DNA of 63,990 nt, counting the filler, from Pachysolen tannophilus NRRL Y-2460 (Eukaryota), in NCBI GenBank assembly GCA_001661245.1. It is 29 parts of 29 records of this genome, joined end to end, with 100 filler letters (N's around TTAATTAATTAA, not from the genome) between each part and the next. Parts side by side here need not be neighbours in the genome. Positions count along the whole stretch, not along the records: positions 34,810 to 36,870 come from KV454036.1; positions 36,971 to 39,004 come from KV454037.1; positions 39,105 to 41,116 come from KV454038.1; positions 41,217 to 43,171 come from KV454039.1; positions 43,272 to 45,220 come from KV454040.1; positions 45,321 to 47,256 come from KV454041.1; positions 47,357 to 49,213 come from KV454042.1; 22 more parts are not named here. The stretch is one strand, 5' to 3'. The notes beneath the pieces are model-generated. The model ran no database searches and had not been told where the DNA came from. It saw only the letters and a program-made list of their open reading frames with translations. The number at the start of each line of letters is the position of its first letter. The stretch's first letter is position 1. Of the stretch, positions 36,746 through 48,954 are shown piece after piece. The position numbers and the translations under genes are program-made.

Positions 36746-37267
36746 TTCTAATTTTTTTTTCAATAATTTTATTTTTTATTTTTCTTTTAATTTTTTTTCT
36801 TTTTATTCTTTTTTCTATCGTTTATCAAAAAAATTTTTTTCCTCTGGTCGTTGTTGTTGTTGTTGTTGTTNNNNNNNNNNNNNNNNNNNNNNNNNNNNNN
36901 NNNNNNNNNNNNNNTTAATTAATTAANNNNNNNNNNNNNNNNNNNNNNNNNNNNNNNNNNNNNNNNNNNNTTTTCCGTTTTTTTTTTTTTTTTTTTTTTT
37001 TTGATTAATTTTTTTTTTTCGCTCAAATTTCTAAAAAAGCGAATTTAATTGGCTACAATCAAATATCTTTAAAGTATCTCTTCTAAGTTGAAGAAAGAAA
37101 GGAAAACAGTGTTAAAATTTATAATAATCATAAATAATAAATTATAATTATTTTTTTTTTTTTTTTTTTTTATTAAATTGGTTAATATATATATATATAT
37201 TATTTTTTTCTTTCTCAAGTATCAATCAAAGAAGATTTAAATTATATTTATTGTTGAAAAAGGAGAT

Positions 37268-38584
37268 ATGCTTGGTCGTCGTTTTCTGTCTAGTTCAGCT
37301 GCTGTTAAGACCCAATTTTCGACTTTGAAAAATGGGTTAACTGTTGCAACTGAATCCAATCCGTTTGCTAAAACATCATCTATTGGTTTATATTTGGAAG
37401 CTGGTTCAAGAGCTGAAAATCCATATAATTCTGGTGTTTCTTCTTTAACCACCAAAGTTTTAGCTTCACCTTTAAGATTAAAAGGTATTGAAAATGGTGT
37501 TTATATTTCAACTATAAATTCAAAAGAAATTTCAGGAATTACTACTGAATTTGCTAATGGTAATAATAAAGCTGCTGTTGAATTATTAAAACAAGTTCTT
37601 AAATCTTCTCAGGAATCTTTTAATAATACTTCTTTAGTAGCAAATGAAGCAAAATTGGCTGGAAAATTGGCTGAAACTATTGAAGCAACACCAAGAGTTA
37701 CTGTATTGGAACATTTAAATTCAACTGCTTTCCAAGGTACTCCATTAGCATTACCAACTTATGGTAAAGCCGATACTGTTTCAACATTGGAATCAATGGA
37801 TTTGGAACTGTTTTATAAGAAAAACTTTGTTGCTTCAAATATTGCAATTGTTGGTACTGGTGATATTAATCATGATGAATTAGTTTCATTAGCTGAAAAT
37901 TTAGAATTATCATCTGGTACTAAACCAGAATCAAAAAATTCTTCATTCTTAGGATCAGAAGTTAGATTTAGAGATGATACTTTACCAAAAGCTTATATTG
38001 CTATAGCTGCACAAGGTGAATCATTAGATTCTCCAAATTATTGGGTTGCTAAAATTGCATCTGAAGTAAATGGTGAATATAATGCTCATTCAATTTTTTC
38101 AAACTTTTTAGGTTCTAAATTATCACACATTATAAGAGAAAACCATTTGGCTGATACATACTCTCATTTTAGTACTTCTTATACTGATAACGGTTTATGG
38201 GGTTTTTATACAGAAACTGATAATGTTGGAAACATTGATGATTTGATCCATTTTACATTAAAAGATTGGAATAGATTATCAACTTCAATTACTGCTGGAG
38301 AAATTGAAAGAGCTAAATCAGCTTTGAAATTAAAAGTCTTGTCAGTATCAGAATCTCCACTTTTACAAGCTAATAAATTGGCTGGTGATGTTTTACTCTC
38401 AGGTTTTAAACCTTCTTCAGAAGAAGTTGTATCTCGTATTAACGCAATTACCGTTAGTGATGTTATGAAATGGGCCCAAACTGCATTATGGGATAAGGAT
38501 ATTGCTATTTCCGGTACTGGTCAAATCGAAGGTTTGTATGATTATAACAGATTGAGAAATGATATGGCTCTGTTAAGATGGTAA
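37268..38584 (+). CDS. COR1: Cytochrome bc1 core protein 1
   Basis: AGSRAENPYNSGVS, FLGSEVRFRDDTLPKAY, LWDKDIAISGTGQIEGL. Confidence 0.93.
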   Translation: MLGRRFLSSSAAVKTQFSTLKNGLTVATESNPFAKTSSIGLYLEAGSRAENPYNSGVSSLTTKVLASPLRLKGIENGVYISTINSKEISGITTEFANGNNKAAVELLKQVLKSSQESFNNTSLVANEAKLAGKLAETIEATPRVTVLEHLNSTAFQGTPLALPTYGKADTVSTLESMDLELFYKKNFVASNIAIVGTGDINHDELVSLAENLELSSGTKPESKNSSFLGSEVRFRDDTLPKAYIAIAAQGESLDSPNYWVAKIASEVNGEYNAHSIFSNFLGSKLSHIIRENHLADTYSHFSTSYTDNGLWGFYTETDNVGNIDDLIHFTLKDWNRLSTSITAGEIERAKSALKLKVLSVSESPLLQANKLAGDVLLSGFKPSSEEVVSRINAITVSDVMKWAQTALWDKDIAISGTGQIEGLYDYNRLRNDMALLRW

Positions 38585-40562
38585 TCACCTTATTCTATTA
38601 ATTAAAAAATTCTTTTTTAACATAGACAAAAAAAAAAAGAAAAAGAAAAAAAAATCCATTTTGCCCCATATATATATATATTCTTATTTAACTTATTTGT
38701 TAGCTTTTAGTGTGGTATTTTTTTTNNTTTTTTTTTTTTAATATAAAAGACTATTATTGTATTAAATTATCATTAATTTTAGATTTTATTTTACATTTTC
38801 ATTTTTCTTTTTAAATTTATTTATATAGCATTTTAAAAATACTAGATATACACAAACTAAGCTAATCAATTAATCTCTTACATATACTACATAAATTGTC
38901 TGTTTTAATTGAAGCTACAACGATAATAAAGTAACAAAAACATAAAACTCCTCTATAATTACTAGTAACGACAGAAATTAAAAAGAAAAATAATAATCAA
39001 AAAANNNNNNNNNNNNNNNNNNNNNNNNNNNNNNNNNNNNNNNNNNNNTTAATTAATTAANNNNNNNNNNNNNNNNNNNNNNNNNNNNNNNNNNNNNNNN
39101 NNNNCATTTTTATATTGAACTGAACAATTAAGAAGATAATAGAAAATAAACCAACATTTCTGAAATAAACTGGATAAACAAATTTTATGATTGAATGGAA
39201 AGAATGAGAAAAGAACTTTGAATTGAAAGATGGAAAACTATTGTTTTTGTGGTCCTAAATTCATCTGCATAAACTTGCATGAACACAATTGGAAGTGCGG
39301 CTTAAATTATAAGATAGAGGTTTTGATCAAGAGTTTCTGATGAAGTCTTCCTTCATTTTCCTTGTGGTCATTTGATTATATTTATTGCCTAATAGATATT
39401 TAGAGCTGTTAGGATATTATTAATTTTAAGTTCTATAAAAAAGAAGAAAAAGAGAATCAATCATCAATTATCATTTCACCCAATATTTTCCGGCTAACTA
39501 GTTTACTAACAGAATGATTCTAAGGTGCTCATCAAATCGAGAGACTATTAAATAAAAACTTAGTAGAATTTTTTTTAGAATCCTAGATCTAGACTATAAT
39601 TGTTTTTTTTTTTTGAATGTTTTGATTTTATGAAGTGGCTACTGATTGTGTTAATACTTTTTATGTTACTGCTTTGAGCTCTAATTCACGTTCTTGTTAA
39701 TATTGATTTTTATATTGAAAGTTAATTCCAGTCATCTGTAACCCAATATTTTGAAGCTGTCTATAACTATCAAGTGTGATATATGAAGATATGACTGGAT
39801 GTTCTTAATGATTCAATCTATTTATTTATTTATTTATTTTTCTTTTCAAAACTCCGGTAATTATTTTGATGTTAAGATAGAACACTGGAATTTATAAAGA
39901 ACAAATAGCAGCAAGTTTTGCAGCATAATCTAAGTACTAACTTTTAGACATTAGACATTAATTTCAGTTCTTTCACAACATGTATTAGTCCATCAATTTT
40001 TTAACAAAAATTATCAATTCTCTTTTCAACTAAGAACAAAAACACAACTTGTTTTTGATTAGCAAAAAAAAAAAAAAGAAAGAAAAAGAACTTTTATGTT
40101 AGTTTATTCTAGAGTCACAATGGAAATTTCAACTCTAATTGCAGACATATTAGTCACTAATCTCACCAAACCAAAAAATTAAATAAAATAAAATAAAATA
40201 AAAACCCCAAATCACGAAAATACAAAAAAAAAAAAAAAAAAAAGGGCATCCTAGCATCGATAGGATATTAAAATGATGATGATGATGATGATATTGTCAG
40301 AAGTATGAAAGCCGGACTTTTACAAAACCTCTGCACATGCATTAAACTCTAATTATTTCCTAGACTGAAACCACTAGTGGTGGTTTTAAGTTTTCTTGTG
40401 AATATAAATAATACGTGAGTATATTTTTGATACCCAAAAAGATGATTGATTGCCTTTTCACATGGAATTGGAATGGTGAGTATAATTCTGTTATTGAAAA
40501 TAAATTTTTCAAACACTGAACAATTTAAATATTTAAAGACTTCATTTTTCGATAATAAATAG

Positions 40563-40994
40563 TTATTGTATACTGGAAATTTTATTTAATTTTTCCAATT
40601 GTTCCTTAAATGAGATCCCATTTTCTTCAATACCTTTTTTCAATTCCTCTATTCTTTTTAAATACAAATATTCGCATAACTTTGTAGCATACACTGGTGG
40701 CTTCTTGACTTTATTACTGTTATTATAAAGTTGATCTGAATTTTGTTCATTCTTGACTTCGCTACCTTCAGAAAATTTCTCTGGATCTAACCCATATTCA
40801 AGCAACAATTTTTTATAAAGTGATAACAAACCAGCTTCATTCAGTATTTTTATATTGGATTCAGTCACTATTGGATGATTTTTCAATTTTATTCGTATAC
40901 TCTTGAAATTATCCAGTGTCAATTCTAAGATTGCTGATTCATGAACCAACTGTGAAAAGAGAAGTAAAAATTGAGTAGAATATGTGGTTGGCAT
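40563..40994 (-). CDS. Small helical protein of unknown function
   Basis: 143-aa ATG-started ORF with protein-like composition. Confidence 0.65.
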   Translation of the reverse strand: MPTTYSTQFLLLFSQLVHESAILELTLDNFKSIRIKLKNHPIVTESNIKILNEAGLLSLYKKLLLEYGLDPEKFSEGSEVKNEQNSDQLYNNSNKVKKPPVYATKLCEYLYLKRIEELKKGIEENGISFKEQLEKLNKISSIQ

Positions 40995-41234
40995 GATGTT
41001 GAATATCTACTCGAATCAATTAAATTTTTTACAAATTAATGAATTCAAACACTTTTTGATGGATTTAAATGATTTAAATGATTTTATTTTGGTGATTTGA
41101 AAAAAATGTTTAAAAANNNNNNNNNNNNNNNNNNNNNNNNNNNNNNNNNNNNNNNNNNNNTTAATTAATTAANNNNNNNNNNNNNNNNNNNNNNNNNNNN
41201 NNNNNNNNNNNNNNNNATATATATATATAATAAT

Positions 41235-41265
<31 letters not shown>

Positions 41266-41949
41266 AAAAAAAAAATGAAAAGAGAAAAGACAAATTAAAA
41301 TTTATTATGAAAAATCCCATAAACTCTCTGCTACTATTCATTATTATATTTACCTGTAATTCAACCTTTTTCAAAGGAGAAAAAAGATTAAATTAGAAAA
41401 TGTTACAAAATTTGAAAAATTGAAGATAAATTTTAAAAAAAAAAAAAAGTTTATTGTGGTGAATACACTTTTATACAGTAGGTAGCTACTGTCTTAACTT
41501 TTTTTTTTTGTTCTCTTTTTATTTATTTATCTTTCATCAGTTTTGACATAATAAAATTCAAATTTAGAGTGTCACTTTACATTATTATATGAGTTATTCT
41601 ATATTTTGGATTCAACTTTTGTTTTGTCTATGCATAATAATGGATCCATTAATAGATGTTATTTTTTTTTTTCTTTAATTTAATATTATTACTAGCATTA
41701 TACATTTAATTTACATATAGAATGTACTAAAATACTTGAATAGTATGGATCAACCTTTTTATTTATATATTCTAATTGAGATATTATTCATTTATTTATT
41801 TTTTTTTTTTTTTATAATATGAAAAAAAGACTATTACCATACATTACTTAACAAAATCTGCAAAAAAAAAAAAAAATACAAGAAAAGATTCCTATTACTT
41901 TTGTACTATTGGAAACTCATATTATTTTAAATTCTATAACAGGAAATTC

Positions 41950-42981
41950 TTAAGCTTTAGTAGCAGCAGCAGCAGCAGCTTCTTTACCAGCCTTCTTAGC
42001 TTGAGCTTTTGGACCCAAGATACCACCACCCCAGTGTCTTCTGTTGTCTTCGTATTTTTCAATGAAGTTAGCGTTGATAGTAGAAACTAACTTGGCTAAA
42101 GCAGCTTCATCTTCAGCCTTAACTTCAGTTAAAGCAGCAACAGATGAAGTTTTCTTGTGGACTAAAGTACCTAATCTAGCCTTTCCCTTTACGATAGCGT
42201 ATGGAACACCCATCTTTCTACATAAAGCTGGTAAGAAGATGACTAATTCAATTGGATCAACATCATTAGCAATCAAAACCAATTTAGCCTTTTTGTTTTC
42301 AACTAAGGAAACAACATGATTTAAACCATATTTAACAACAAATGGTTTTGATGAAACATCTTCTTTGGTCTTACCTTCAGCAATGGCAGCAGCCTCTTTG
42401 GTTAATCTTTCCTTCTTTTCAGCAGAGGTTTCTGGTCTGTATTTGTTGAATAATTTAAAAGTTTCAGCAGCAGTGTTTCTGTCTAAAGTACTTGAAAATT
42501 GAGCAATAGCTGGAGGAACTTTTAATCTTAAAGATAAAATCTTCTTTTGTCTTTGTAATCTGACATATTCAGGCCATTTAACAAATCTAGACAAGTTTCT
42601 CTTTGGTTGGATGGCTTGTCCAATACCAAAGTTTCTTGGAGTAGAATCAACTAATGGATTCTTTGAAGAAGATTTAGCAGCTTTTGAAGCTAATGGTGCT
42701 GGAGCAACTCTTTTACCTTTTGGAGCCTATATTTAATAATTTTAGTTAGTACTTAATACTCTACTGAAAACATTTCTACATCTTCTTTCAGTATAAATTA
42801 TTAGATATAGTGTCATTATATTATTGATAATAAATATTATCAACAATACTACCGCTCCTAAAATTAAAGTAAACCATTAATTCCACATCTCTGTAGAAAA
42901 AATGTCGTAAATATAGTATAGGTGACAAACTGACAACCTGATATAAAATAAATTATACTCTCATCATAACTAACATACCAT
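41950..42981 (-). CDS. RPL8: 60S ribosomal protein eL8; exon 1 is the ATG only (42981-42979), exon 2 is 42726-41950
   Basis: ATG|GTATGT...TACTAAC...[33 protein letters not shown]. Confidence 0.96.
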
Positions 42982-44357
42982 TTTTATATTATTATTTTTG
43001 GATATTGAAATTAACTTTAATAATTATAAAAAGTATATTCAATTAAATTAAAATACTAAAACCTGTGTGAAGAGATTTTCTGGTGAAAAATTTCTCATTT
43101 CGCATGGAAAAAAAAAAATTTTATAAAAAAANAAAAAAAAATAAAAAAAAGTAAAAAAGTAAAAGTAAGTANNNNNNNNNNNNNNNNNNNNNNNNNNNNN
43201 NNNNNNNNNNNNNNNTTAATTAATTAANNNNNNNNNNNNNNNNNNNNNNNNNNNNNNNNNNNNNNNNNNNNAAAAAAAAAAAAAAAAAATTGATCAATAT
43301 TTATCAAGATTGAATGGAGATAGAAGTATAAAATAGATAGGCAGGCCTTATTGTTCTGATGACACATGTCATGACACGGATCACAACAAGGTCCGGGACA
43401 CAAACAACAACACTGATTACAACACAGACTACGACACAGAATACGACACAAACTACGACACCTCTTTTATTATCATTATCTATCATCTTAGTCTCACTTC
43501 TTTATTCAACGCATGTCATGTAAAAGAACAAAGAACAAGAGAAAATAGTTGACATTGCTTAGCCTACATGGAAGCAGAAGCCGAAGCCGAAGCCAAGCCA
43601 AATTCAAAACCAAATCTAAGGCCAAGACATGCAAGACATGCCAAATGTCATGACGGAAAATGACCCATCGTAAAAATAGATATTTTTTTCTCTACTGCGG
43701 TCAGAAATTTATGTCCAAATTAACAGATGATGTGTCATGTGACCGAAAAGAGGACATAAAGATTATGATTATCTAATCTTGCTGTTCTGTATAGATTGGT
43801 TTCTCATATGACTATTATTACTGGATATAAAAAGAAAAAAGGAAAAAGAGGAAAAAAAATTTTTTCATTTAGTGATAAAAGAGGCGATGATATCATGGGT
43901 TTCCTAGGGTTCCCGCCAATATTATCTAATTGGTATACCTCTTAGGTAAAAATAAGGTAAATCCTTCGCCCTATTTAAGGTATTAATTATTATTATTACC
44001 TGCTGTAAAAGGTCCCTTGCGGCTTCTTTAAACTCTTTTTGACCGCCCGCCTAAATTAATATTTTTTCTTTTAAGTCTTTTTTCAGGTGAAATTTATGCA
44101 ATGTTCGTACAGCGGTAAGAGTAGAAGAAAAGAAAAGAGAAGAAGAGAAGAGAAACCAAACCCTCTTTTTTTTTACTTTTTTTTTTTGTTGAATGAAACT
44201 TATTAAAAATTATATATATTTCTTCATTCTTTATAGTTTTACCATTTTATTAATTATAAAAATAAAAAGTTAATTGGATTTTTTTTTTTTTCTTTATTCT
44301 TTTGAATCTTGGTAAAAAAAAGAGAAATAGAAAGAAGCAAGTAATAAAAAGGGTAAA

Positions 44358-45041
44358 ATGTATATTCCATCGTTAGCTTCGGATTACTGTCCTATGGACT
44401 TGATATCACAAACAGTTTCCAAAAGGTCTTTTACTTCTTCAGTGGTTTCTACAGCAGATTCATTCAAGAGTTGGGATACATGTATGGATAACAAAACTTG
44501 TAAGATTATTGCTATTGTTGGTATAGTATTGGCTTCATTAGTTGGATTGTGGTTAATATGTACTGTTTTCAGTTTGTTATGTTGTGGTGTATCATATTTA
44601 ACAAATTTCTGTTGTGGTTGTTGTAGTGCTGCTTCTAGAAAGAGAAATGCTAGAAAGATGAATAGAAAATTAAATAAGATGGGGAAAAATGGAAAGAGAG
44701 GAAGTGCTTTTTCTTCACCACAAACTTCAGATTATAGAAATTATCAACCACCATCAGCTGTGCCACCTTCATATGCGGGATTTGAAAAAATTCAACAAAA
44801 GGGTAATTCTTATGGATATGGAGTGGTTTATGATGATGATGATGATTTCTCGGCAGATAATGTACCATTTGCATCGAAAGAAAAGAAAGGTGATGCAAGT
44901 AGTACTAGAAGCTTTGCTTCAGAATATTATGCTGGAAATAGTGCAAAGATGAGCGATATGCAAAATACAAATGGCTATACCAGGGCAAGTAAGCCGCCAA
45001 GTTACAGCAGCTACAGTAGAGCTGAAAACGGAATTTTTTAA
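44358..45041 (+). CDS. PIN2: Pin2-like single-pass membrane protein
   Basis: SFKSWDTCMDNKTCKIIAIVGIVLA followed by a Cys cluster and a low-complexity tail. Confidence 0.8.
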   Translation: MYIPSLASDYCPMDLISQTVSKRSFTSSVVSTADSFKSWDTCMDNKTCKIIAIVGIVLASLVGLWLICTVFSLLCCGVSYLTNFCCGCCSAASRKRNARKMNRKLNKMGKNGKRGSAFSSPQTSDYRNYQPPSAVPPSYAGFEKIQQKGNSYGYGVVYDDDDDFSADNVPFASKEKKGDASSTRSFASEYYAGNSAKMSDMQNTNGYTRASKPPSYSSYSRAENGIF

Positions 45042-45430
45042 GGAGATACAATAGATTAAACTAGAATATTGGTTGAAACTTATTTTTTTTTTTTTTTTCA
45101 TTTATTTTTCATTTATTTATTTTCATTTTATTTCAATTTATATCGTGTGTTATCATAAGATGATTTGGTCCATCGTTTTTATTCAATTTTGTTTATTCTT
45201 TATTTTTTTTTTATAAAAACNNNNNNNNNNNNNNNNNNNNNNNNNNNNNNNNNNNNNNNNNNNNTTAATTAATTAANNNNNNNNNNNNNNNNNNNNNNNN
45301 NNNNNNNNNNNNNNNNNNNNTTTTCTCTTTTTTTTTTCTTTTGTTATTATTACTATCATCAAGACCAAAAAAGAAAAAAAAAATGGTGTTGCTTCGTCTT
45401 ATATATATTCGATACTGAAGTTTTGAATTT

Positions 45431-47041
45431 TCAAAAAGATTCACAGTCAATACTGTCGTGTCCAGGCTTTTCGCAAAGTCCACACCATTTTTTTCTTCCT
45501 GCACTTGGGTCGATTTTAGTTTCTGGTTTATAAACCAATAATTCTTTATCAATTACAGAATTAATTATTTTGTTTTCTTTTGTGAAACCATTGCTTTCAT
45601 ATTCGGCGTTTTTTCCAGTATCGTCTTGATTAGCTGGCTTGGAAGTCTGGACTTTCAATGCTGCAAAATTAGTTTCCAATTCTTGTGTTTCGTGGCAAGT
45701 TTTTTCGTTTCCTAGTTGTAATTCCTTTGTTTGTAATTTATTTTTTAATATATCTATCTCCATGTATAAGTCATTGGATGTATTCTCTCTTAAGCTTTTC
45801 TCCTTCTTGATCTGGGATTCCAATTCTTTAATTTTCAGTGTTTTCATGTCATTATCTTTTTTCAAAATTTCAAGTTCATTTTCCTGCAGTTGCGAAGAAC
45901 TGAGTTGTTCCAATATTAAAGTTTTTTCATCTAACTCTTTTTGAACTTTCTGGTATGATTCAAGGTCATTTTCCTTTTGGAGTACAATTTTTTTCAAATC
46001 ATTAATTTCTTTTTCTCTTGATGACAGTAAAGAGTCTAATTCTTCGAATTTTTCAATTTTTCTTGAAAGTTCAGCTACTAACTCATTTTTTGATTCAATT
46101 TCTGTTGTTAAAGATTTAATTTGTGATTTTAGTTGCAAAATCTCTTTTGAAGTGTTTTCGACATATATTTTATGTGTTTCTTTTAATTCGTTTAACTCTT
46201 TTTTATCATCATTTTGTGTAGTTGCAGCTTCCAATTTTTTTTGTAATTTTTCCAATTCCATATTATAAATTTTTTCAGATTCACTAGCTTGTAATTTCAA
46301 AGTATTTATTGCATCACGTAATTCCTTTCTTTGCTCTTCATATGCTTGTTTTTGTTTTAAAAGTTTTTCATCTTTTAAAATCATTTCCCTCTCTAAATCA
46401 TCTAATCCTTTTTGCAAGTCCACCAAGACATTATTCCGTTGTTCAATCTCTTGTTTATATTTATTTAATTGCAATTTCAATTCTCTTTCTTGATTCGACT
46501 CGTTTTCAATTTCTTTAAGTTCTCCAGCATGACTATTTTTAACAGGAAAATTCAGTTTATCTAAATCATTAACAATTGGATTGTATACTTGATTTTTCTT
46601 ATCACCATCCATAGAAGTTGGAAAATTTCTCCTACCATTCAAATTAATACTGTTTGCATTTAAAGGTCTTAGAGACCTTGCAGAGAGTGGTGATATTATT
46701 TCAGTAGAAGTATGATTTTCAGAATTAACCGATGAATCTTGCGAGCGATGCTTATTTTGAGGTCTCGTTGGAGTATTCAATTTATCAATCAATGCTTGAT
46801 TTGAAGCTACCAATTTCGGATAAGGCAAAAATAAACCGCTATTGGGAATCTTTGTAGTAAAATACCGAACACCATCAACATCACCACTATTTTTACCATA
46901 CCTAACACTATCCCCTATTAATTCTATACCTGCAAAAACACCATTCTTACCTTCAACCCTTCCAATAAACTTCAATATTCCAGCACTATCTGAAATTCCA
47001 GGAAGCTGCACTTTCAATCCAAGTGGGAGATCAAAATCCAT
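45431..47041 (-). CDS. BIK1: CLIP-170-like microtubule plus-end protein
   Basis: N-terminal CAP-Gly (GKNSGDVDGVRYF), long coiled coil, C-terminal CGLCEKPGHDSIDC zinc knuckle ending in F. Confidence 0.88.
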   Translation of the reverse strand: MDFDLPLGLKVQLPGISDSAGILKFIGRVEGKNGVFAGIELIGDSVRYGKNSGDVDGVRYFTTKIPNSGLFLPYPKLVASNQALIDKLNTPTRPQNKHRSQDSSVNSENHTSTEIISPLSARSLRPLNANSINLNGRRNFPTSMDGDKKNQVYNPIVNDLDKLNFPVKNSHAGELKEIENESNQERELKLQLNKYKQEIEQRNNVLVDLQKGLDDLEREMILKDEKLLKQKQAYEEQRKELRDAINTLKLQASESEKIYNMELEKLQKKLEAATTQNDDKKELNELKETHKIYVENTSKEILQLKSQIKSLTTEIESKNELVAELSRKIEKFEELDSLLSSREKEINDLKKIVLQKENDLESYQKVQKELDEKTLILEQLSSSQLQENELEILKKDNDMKTLKIKELESQIKKEKSLRENTSNDLYMEIDILKNKLQTKELQLGNEKTCHETQELETNFAALKVQTSKPANQDDTGKNAEYESNGFTKENKIINSVIDKELLVYKPETKIDPSAGRKKWCGLCEKPGHDSIDCESF

Positions 47042-47503
47042 TCCAAATCAACAATTTTTATCGTAACCGCCGTTGCCAAAACTTTTAAACCAATTGATAC
47101 TTTAATAGACTTCATACCAAGATAGTGTGAAAATCTGAAAGTAAACAAAGGAAAAAAGAAAAAAAAGAAGGTTCCATTACGGAGAACTTTTAATTTTTAG
47201 TTTCCAAATAGGAGAACATTGGAGAAAACAATGTTCTCCGCCGCGGAGATTTAAAANNNNNNNNNNNNNNNNNNNNNNNNNNNNNNNNNNNNNNNNNNNN
47301 TTAATTAATTAANNNNNNNNNNNNNNNNNNNNNNNNNNNNNNNNNNNNNNNNNNNNTTTTTTTGTTTAATTTTTTTCTTTTTTNTTTTTTTTTTTAATTA
47401 ATATATATAAATAGCAATAATTATATATAAAGATAATACATCAAATTCATCAAGAATAAGAATCAAGTTGGAGGAAAGAAAAGATATATAATTTATAAGT
47501 TTG

Positions 47504-48691
47504 ATGATGGCTGAACAACAAGAGGCTGATATTGATTCTATTATTGATAGATTATTAGAAGTTAGAGGTTCAAGACCAGGTAAACAAGTACAGTTACACG
47601 AATTTGAAATTAGATATTTATGTACAAAGGCAAGAGAAATTTTTATTCAGCAACCTATTTTATTAGAATTGGAAGCTCCTATCAAGGTATGTTTTCATTA
47701 GTTTATTGGTGGATGGTTTAACATTTTTTTAGATGGATAGATATTAAAACAAATGTTAAACGCGCCCTATTTTAAAAAAATTATTTTTATTTTATTTAAT
47801 TAACATTAATACTAACTTAACTGACTATTAAATTAAAAAAAAAAAAAAAATTTTTTTTTTTTTTTTAATTTATTTTATTTTTATTTTTTCTTTATCTAGA
47901 TTTGTGGTGATATTCATGGTCAGTATTATGATTTGTTGCGACTTTTTGAATATGGAGGATTTCCACCAGAAGCAAATTATCTATTTTTAGGTGATTATGT
48001 TGATAGAGGAAAACAGTCATTAGAAACAATTTGTTTATTATTGGCATATAAGATAAAATACCCTGAAAATTTTTTCATATTGAGAGGAAATCATGAATGT
48101 GCTTCAATTAATAGAATTTATGGATTTTATGATGAATGTAAAAGGCGTTATAATATTAAATTATGGAAAACTTTTACAGATTGTTTTAATTGTTTACCAA
48201 TTGCTGCTATAATTGATGAAAAAATTTTTACAATGCATGGTGGTTTAAGTCCTGATTTAAATACAATGGAACAAATTAGAAGAGTTATGAGACCAACAGA
48301 TATTCCAGATGTTGGATTATTATGTGATTTATTATGGTCAGATCCTGATAAAGATATTACAGGGTGGAGTGAAAATGATAGAGGAGTTTCATTTACATTT
48401 GGTCCAGATGTTGTTTCAAGATTTTTACAAAAACATGATATGGATTTAATTTGTAGAGCTCATCAAGTTGTAGAAGATGGATATGAATTTTTTTCAAAAA
48501 GACAATTGGTTACATTATTTTCAGCACCAAATTATTGTGGTGAATTTGATAATGCAGGTGCAATGATGAGTGTTGATGAAAGTTTGTTATGTTCTTTCCA
48601 AATCTTGAAACCAGCAGAAAAGAAACCTAAATATACTACATATGGTGCAGGTGGTGGTTTAGCGGCTACTCCAAGAAAACAAAAGAAATAA
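47504..48691 (+). CDS. GLC7: PP1 catalytic subunit; exons 47504-47686 and 47900-48691
   Basis: [14 protein letters not shown] with GTATGT...TACTAAC...TAG intron; [11 protein letters not shown]. Confidence 0.97.
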
Positions 48692-48914
48692 TTTTATTCA
48701 TCAAATTAAAAAATCAAATTCATAAACCTTTTCTATTCCACTTTTATCGTCGTCGCATTCACTTTTTTTTTCCTTGTCTACCCCAAACTCCACTCCATTT
48801 CCACCTTCCTTCCTGCCAATATCCTATTTTACTGATCTCCCTCCATCCTTCCCTCCCCCTGCACTGGTAATAAAGATCCAGTTTTTTTTGAAAAAAGCCA
48901 ATTTTACATATAAA

Positions 48915-48954
<40 letters not shown>

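Noticed and set aside
40273..40370. Possible C/D snoRNA (ATGATGA...CTGA)
   Set aside because: The C-box is part of a (GAT)n microsatellite and no guide is recognisable
35031..47041. Apparent functional clustering (TUB2/BIK1, PPH21/GLC7, COR1/QCR6)
   Set aside because: The genes are on separate contigs ordered by length
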